Below are positions 58,980-64,000 of a DNA stretch of 64,000 nt, piece by piece. The notes below the pieces were generated by a model that worked only from the letters and a program-made list of their open reading frames with translations, was not told the origin of the DNA and did not search any database. Made by a program: the position numbers and the translations under genes. The stretch is from Marsupella aquatica (taxonomy: Eukaryota > Plantae > Marchantiophyta), in contig OZ316897.1 of the NCBI GenBank assembly GCA_973895155.1, positions 10,005,832-10,069,831 of the forward strand, read 5' to 3'. Positions within the stretch are counted from its first letter, which is position 1. Each line of letters begins with the position of its first letter.

Positions 58980-58990
58980 CCCCCTCCTCA
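58980..58990 (-). other. Polypurine tract of the Gypsy element
   Basis: Minus strand TGAGGAGGGGG-CTA-TGTGACAT, about 28 nt after the pol stop. Confidence 0.8.
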
Positions 58991-59017
58991 ACTGGTGCAG
59001 CGCCCTCGCAAACCTCA

Positions 59018-62000
59018 TTAAGGTGGCATGTGATATTTCTTGACCCTAGAGCCATTTACCCTAGTAGGTAAATCTTCACCCTCTAAATCTGTTAACTGCA
59101 GTGATCCATTGGGAAAGACTTCTTTCACCAAGTATGGCCCTAACCACCGAGTATACAACTTCTCCGGGAAAACCATGTGCCGATTATCATATAATAAGAC
59201 ATAATTCCCTAATTCTATATCGACTTTCTTCATCTTCCGATTGTAACGAACAGTTCTCATTTGCTGTTGTTTATTTGTTTCGGTTAAGGCAAGGTATCTA
59301 TCCTCTTCCAATTTTTCCAAAGCAGCAAGCCTGAGATCTTGACTGGTTTCGATATTTAATCTATTAATGGAACTAATTCGGTGGGTAGGAAGATCAAACT
59401 CAATGGACACAATACTTGCTGAGCCGTATACCAAGTAAAAAGGTGTGTGTTTAGTTGTGATCTTCTCTGCTGTCCGATATGCCCACAAGGCAGAATGGAG
59501 TTTTTGGTCCCAGTCAGTTTTGTGTGCGGACACAATCTTGGTTAAGATTCGCCCCATTAGCCCATTTGCCCTCTCCGTTAATCCATTTGCTTTGGGATTA
59601 TAGGGAGTTGTTTTCCTGTGCTTGATTAAATATAAGTCAGTGATATGTTGAATAGTTTGGTTAAGAAAATGCAAACCTCGATCGCTGACCAATTCCAATG
59701 GGCATCCGAACCGGGTGATGATGTCTTCAAATAGAAACTTGGCGGCTGTTGCTGCATCATTTTTCTTAGTCGCTCGAGCTTCAACCCATTTCGTGGTATA
59801 GTCGGTTGCTAAGATAATGTATCGAGCCCGTGTCCGAGCGGCAGCAGGTTGGATAGGGCCTATGAAGTCAATTCCCCATTTTTCGAAAGGTGCCAATGGT
59901 AGAATTGGGGTTAGTGGCCAATGAGAAGAGGAAGATGGTCTGCCATACCTTTGGCAAGGATCACAAGCTTTGATATACTGATAGGTGTCCCTATGCATAG
60001 TCGGCCACCAGTATCCGGCCGCTTGAATCTTCTTGACAGTGACATTCACTGCATAATGCCCTCCAGCTTCTTTGGTGTGCATTGCTGAAATAACTCCAGA
60101 GATTTCTTTGGTCTCTAGACATCGTTTCAGTTTCTGGTCAGGGGTGAGTTTATACAAGATCCCATTTTGCAAAGTGTAAGGGGAAATCTTGTGGATAAAA
60201 ACAGCTTGTTGCTCAAGGCTGAGATTCTTAGGAAGTGTTCCTGTGAGCAAGGCTTGGACTATATCAAAGTATAAGGATTCAGATCCTTCTATATGCCATA
60301 GGTGCTCATTCGGAAATACATCTATCAAGGGAGTGGCACTTTCTGGACCGGGGAGTCTAGATAAATAATCTGCATTTTCATGATGTTGGCCCGGTCTAAC
60401 TACTACCTTAAAATCAAATTCTTGTAACAACAATACCCAACGAGCAATTCGTCCGGATAAATCTGGTTGGTTCACTAAGTACTTAAGAGAAGAGTGGTCG
60501 GTGTGGAAGATAGTTTTATACCCCAGGAGGTAATGCCTGAATTTTTTGCAAGAAAAAACCACTCCCAAGGCTTCTCATTCCGTTACTGAATAGTTCTTCT
60601 CTGCCGCATTCATTTGTCGGCTGGCATAATAAATAGGATGGTCCTTCTTATTGTCATCTTGTTGGCTTAGGACCGCTCCTATACAAAATGCTGACGCATC
60701 AATGTATACATGGAAATCTTTATTCCAATCAGGTGGAATTAAGATAGGTGCGGAAGTAAGTTTACTCTTGAGTTTCTCGAAGGCGTGTTGTCTCTCCTTT
60801 GTCCATTGGTATTCCACATCTTTCTTTAGCAATTGTGTTAAGGGCATGGCCAGATCTGCATAAAGGCGGATGAACCTCCGGTAGTAACCTACATAACCCA
60901 AGAAACCTCAAAGCTCTCTAAGGTTAGTGGGCGGCTTCAGATTTCAATAACTCTCACCTTCTCTGCATCCACTGCGATTCCCTGTTGGGAAATTACATGT
61001 CCTAGAAGAATTCCCTCTTGCATCCCAATGAAACACTTATCTGGGTGTACACAAAGTTGAGCCTCTCTAAAAGTAAGTCTTAGCTTTGCAAGATGAGATT
61101 CGGCAGAGGAGAAAACACAAAAATCATCTATAAATATTTCTAGAAATCTATGAAGATACTCTTGGAATATGATCATCATAATCCTTTGGAATGTTCCAGG
61201 AGCGTTACACAATCCAAACGGCATTACATTAAAAGCATAAGTACCCCAATCTGTTGTAAAAGTGGTTTTATCCCTGTCTTCCTCTCTCACGGAAACTTGG
61301 TTGTATCCTGAATACCCATCAAGGAAACTGAATAGAGCATGACCGGCTACTGTGTCCAAAATGAGGTCAATAAATGGTAGAGGGTAGTGATCTTTCCTGG
61401 TAACCGCATTGAGCTTGCGATAATCTTGACACACACGGATCTTGACCTTGCCATCAGGTCCAGACTTCTTGGGAACAATGACAATGGGGGATACCCATTC
61501 GCTGCTGAGTACTGGAAAAATAAATCCTGCTTCAGTTAGCTTATCTATCTCTTCTTTAACCATAATGGAGTACTTAGGGTTGAGTCGATACTGTCTTTGC
61601 CGGATTGGTACCGATCCTTCAAGAAGATCAATTCGGTGTTGTCCCAAATAAGGATGAATTCCCTTGATGTCCTTGTGGCTCCAGGCAAACATGTCTCGGT
61701 ATTGCCTCAGCAGATCTATGTATTTTTCCCTCAAATCTCCTTGAATGTGTTTACTTATGTTAAGGAATTTACCAGGTTCTATTTCAATTTTCTGACAGGC
61801 TTTTGGATCCACAATCCCCTCCGTAAACCCCATAGGTTGAAATTCTTTACAGTTGTCAGCAGACTCATCAGTTGAACTTAGAATTTTACCAGTAGGTGCC
61901 TTACTTCCGTTGTTATTCTCATAAAAAAATTCAGAAGATTTTGAGTTTTGGAAGTCCTCCATTTCTCCTTTTTGAGTCGGATCCGGGTCCTTTAATTGTC

Positions 62001-63999
62001 AATCCGGACTTTTGTCCGGATTCCGGGTCTCATAGAATCCGGGTCCGGGTTGAGTCTCCCTTGTTAAATGGTGCAAGTTTGGGTGGTCAAGGGAACTAGC
62101 TCTGTTGGCTTCATTTAATGTTGGTGCTTCAAACTCAAAAATATCTAAAAATCTTACATCCTCTTCCCTTAGTTGCACTTTGGACTTCTTGCTCCTGGAA
62201 GGTGTTTCTTCCCCATCGGAAGATGTGATGGTGGACTCAGAGGTATATCCCTCATCTTCTTATGTTTCTCCTTGGTGGGGTTCGTCTTCCCAACTTAGGA
62301 TAACTCGAGGCGAACCAAATGAAAATTGCTTAGCATGCCAATTAACTTTAACTTGGGCCATGTACAGCCATGGTCGTCCAAGAAGAATTGGGAAGGAAGA
62401 AGGAGTGCTAGGTTGAATGATGATATAATCTAATTTGAAATTGTGCCCTCCAATTATAGTATCCACCTTTTTTATGGCTCCAGCGGGTATCACTCTGGTC
62501 TGGTCGGCCATTCTCAAAATTTTCGGAGTAGGATCAAACTTAAGGAATCCCAACTCTGTTGCAGTAGCCTCTGTCATGATATTTACACTAGAGCCACCAT
62601 CAACGGGTACCTTGGTGATCACACAACCTGCAATTTGAACTTCAATTTTTGGGGGTCCATAGTCCTTTGATTCAATTTGCATACACTGGTGAACACTGGG
62701 CAATTTGAAGGATCTTCGCCTAGAAGAAACTAGAGTCTTCATTTGTTTCCGAAAATTTGGATTGGAGCGCAATAACTCCCCAAAGGTAATGTTGGCTTTT
62801 AAACCACTAACATCCTCAACAATATTGTAAGGAGAATGAAGGCCATCAATTCTTAGTCGAACAGGATCTACTTCAAATTGAACTTTCTTAGGAGGGATGT
62901 TGTCACCAGGGCTTTGCTTCTTTCCTACAATAGGACCTTTTGCTACTGGTGCTGATTCTGCCATTAATTCTTCTTGGAGTATCTCCTTTACTTCCTTTGA
63001 AATGTCTGGCAGAAAATACTTAGGGTCATAACGGTCATATGCCGCATCATCCTTGTCCTCCGCCAGAGCTACCGATCCTTTAGGTTTGTCTTGCTTCTTT
63101 TCAGATTTCTTTCGAGGTTCCTTTTGTAATTCCTCCTTTTCTTGTGTCTTTTTGGACCTGGTGGTTGCAAAAACATTCAGGATCCTGTCTCTATTGCGAA
63201 TTCTTAGATTTGGCTGTCCTTTTTCTTCCTCCTTTATTAAATGTTCACAATCACGGTCATAGGTAATACCCGCCAATGGTTGTAACCGTATGGGATCCTA
63301 CCATTTCTTCACTTCTGGAAGCTGGTCGGGAGTCACTTCTTCACTCTGATCTACAAGCCGACATTGTTCAAAATGGGGGTCCGCATCTTCTTCTAGGTAA
63401 ACCAGCCTGACGGCTGAGTCTGTTTTTATTGGTGCAGCAGGCGGGTCCTTCACATATCGTACCATCATCTTGGCCTTGGGTGGTTGGGGACATTCCAATG
63501 GAAGATGCCCTTCTTGTCCACAATTACCACACATCGGTGAATACCCCGTATCCCTCTTTGGCCATGGGCATGAAGGGGAATAGTGATCCTTTGATCCACA
63601 ATTCCAACACTCACCCCTATTCATTTGATTTCGTGGGGGATATCCTCCTGGTGGTGCCATAGGAGGTTTATATACTGGCCTATTGAAATTGGAGATTTGT
63701 CATGGCGGTGGAAAGTATTGAACAGGAGGGGGAGCTGATGGTCCGGTCTGGATTTGATACGCCACTTCAGGGAACACAGTCTGGTAAGAAGGGTCCTCAT
63801 AATTCCCTTCTACCATTCCTTCATCATTGAAGACATAATTGACTCGGGAGGCCGTGGGACACTCATGGGGATAATGCCCCATCTTTCTACAAAGGGAACA
63901 CCAAACATTGTGTCTTAAAACTGGTGGTGTTTTCCTTGGACCTTTTATAGAAGCTAAATTCACAGACAGACTTTTCATTTCCTTAGTGAGTGAGGACAA
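59018..63999 (-). pseudogene. Gypsy gag-pol interrupted by stops and a frameshift
   Basis: Stops at 63700, 63298, 62260 and 60575, and a frameshift near 60937. The RNase H C-terminus plus integrase is open over 59018-60568. Confidence 0.9.
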
Positions 64000-64000
64000 C

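Larger units (their letters stand above)
53881..64000 (-). mobile_element. Ty3/Gypsy LTR retrotransposon, non-chromovirus type, running off the window
   Basis: Order gag (CCHC knuckles) - PR (VDGGSSVNIM) - RT (MPFGLCNAP, FIDDF) - RNase H (YIDAS..IGAVL) - IN (GGH..CDPCQ, WGIDFIGP, ELVSDRG, NGLTER, GPY). No chromodomain. PPT follows the pol stop. Confidence 0.95.

Overview
Eukaryotic land-plant nuclear DNA with GT-AG introns. A non-seed plant, possibly a liverwort, is inferred from the gene and transposon content and is not proven. LTR retrotransposons bracket the window: a decayed, internally deleted Ty1/Copia element (1-3523, +) and a decayed non-chromovirus Ty3/Gypsy element (53881->64000, -). 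Host genes between them encode a peroxisomal delta3,delta2-enoyl-CoA isomerase, a DUF212/PAP2-like protein, the HAD phosphatase MDP-1, a plastid-targeted ChuX/HutX-like heme-binding protein of cyanobacterial type, an MLO, an S1-domain protein with NPF repeats, a DUF538 protein and a soluble inorganic pyrophosphatase. Also present are a gag-only Copia derivative, an ALP1-like Harbinger ORF, Tourist-like MITEs, Helitron-like ends and many tandem repeats. The four most unusual signals are: (1) the Gypsy polypurine tract lies right after pol, which places an intact 628-aa ORF and a second broken ORF inside an apparent ~5.1-kb 3' LTR; (2) a nuclear, intron-containing HutX-type gene with a transit-peptide-like leader; (3) an intact gag whose LTRs have decayed and whose PPT is tandemly amplified; (4) a PSRP-7/PETs-like S1 protein with a new NPF-repeat tail in place of EF-Ts. 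All family assignments come from motifs recognised by eye; no searches were run.
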